From Octopus bimaculoides (lineage: Eukaryota), in contig NC_068993.1 in assembly GCF_001194135.2 (NCBI RefSeq), positions 62,217,724-62,253,965 on the forward strand: a stretch of DNA of 36,242 bases, written 5' to 3'. The translations under genes were made by a program, and so were the position numbers. Each line of letters begins with the position of its first letter. The first letter of the stretch is position 1. Below, one piece after another: positions 36,239 through 36,242 of this stretch. The notes beneath the pieces were generated by a model. That model saw only the letters and a program-made list of their open reading frames with translations, ran no database searches and was not told the origin of the DNA.

Positions 36239-36242
36239 GTTA

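Overview
Repeat-rich, AT-rich animal genomic DNA from a draft assembly with eight N gaps. The microsatellite load and the recurring tRNA-derived SINE families resemble octopus (coleoid cephalopod) DNA; this assignment is from recall, not a search. No protein-coding gene can be called with confidence. Nearly all listed ORFs are microsatellite or N-run artefacts, and only two weak 108-nt exon candidates remain. The window holds about 20 SINE copies from four families, two copies of a pogo/Tigger-like MITE, and four degraded non-LTR retrotransposon coding remnants (CRE-like RLE domain, R4/Dong-like, two CR1/L2-like). Several Penelope-like terminal fragments carry minimal hammerhead-ribozyme-like motifs. 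The most notable unexplained structure is a 109-nt hairpin at 24011-24119 with about 45 bp, whose deviations from Watson-Crick pairing are mostly G-U wobbles on the + strand. It is a candidate structured ncRNA, pri-miRNA or ADAR substrate, and its 3' arm also hides a partial hammerhead core.
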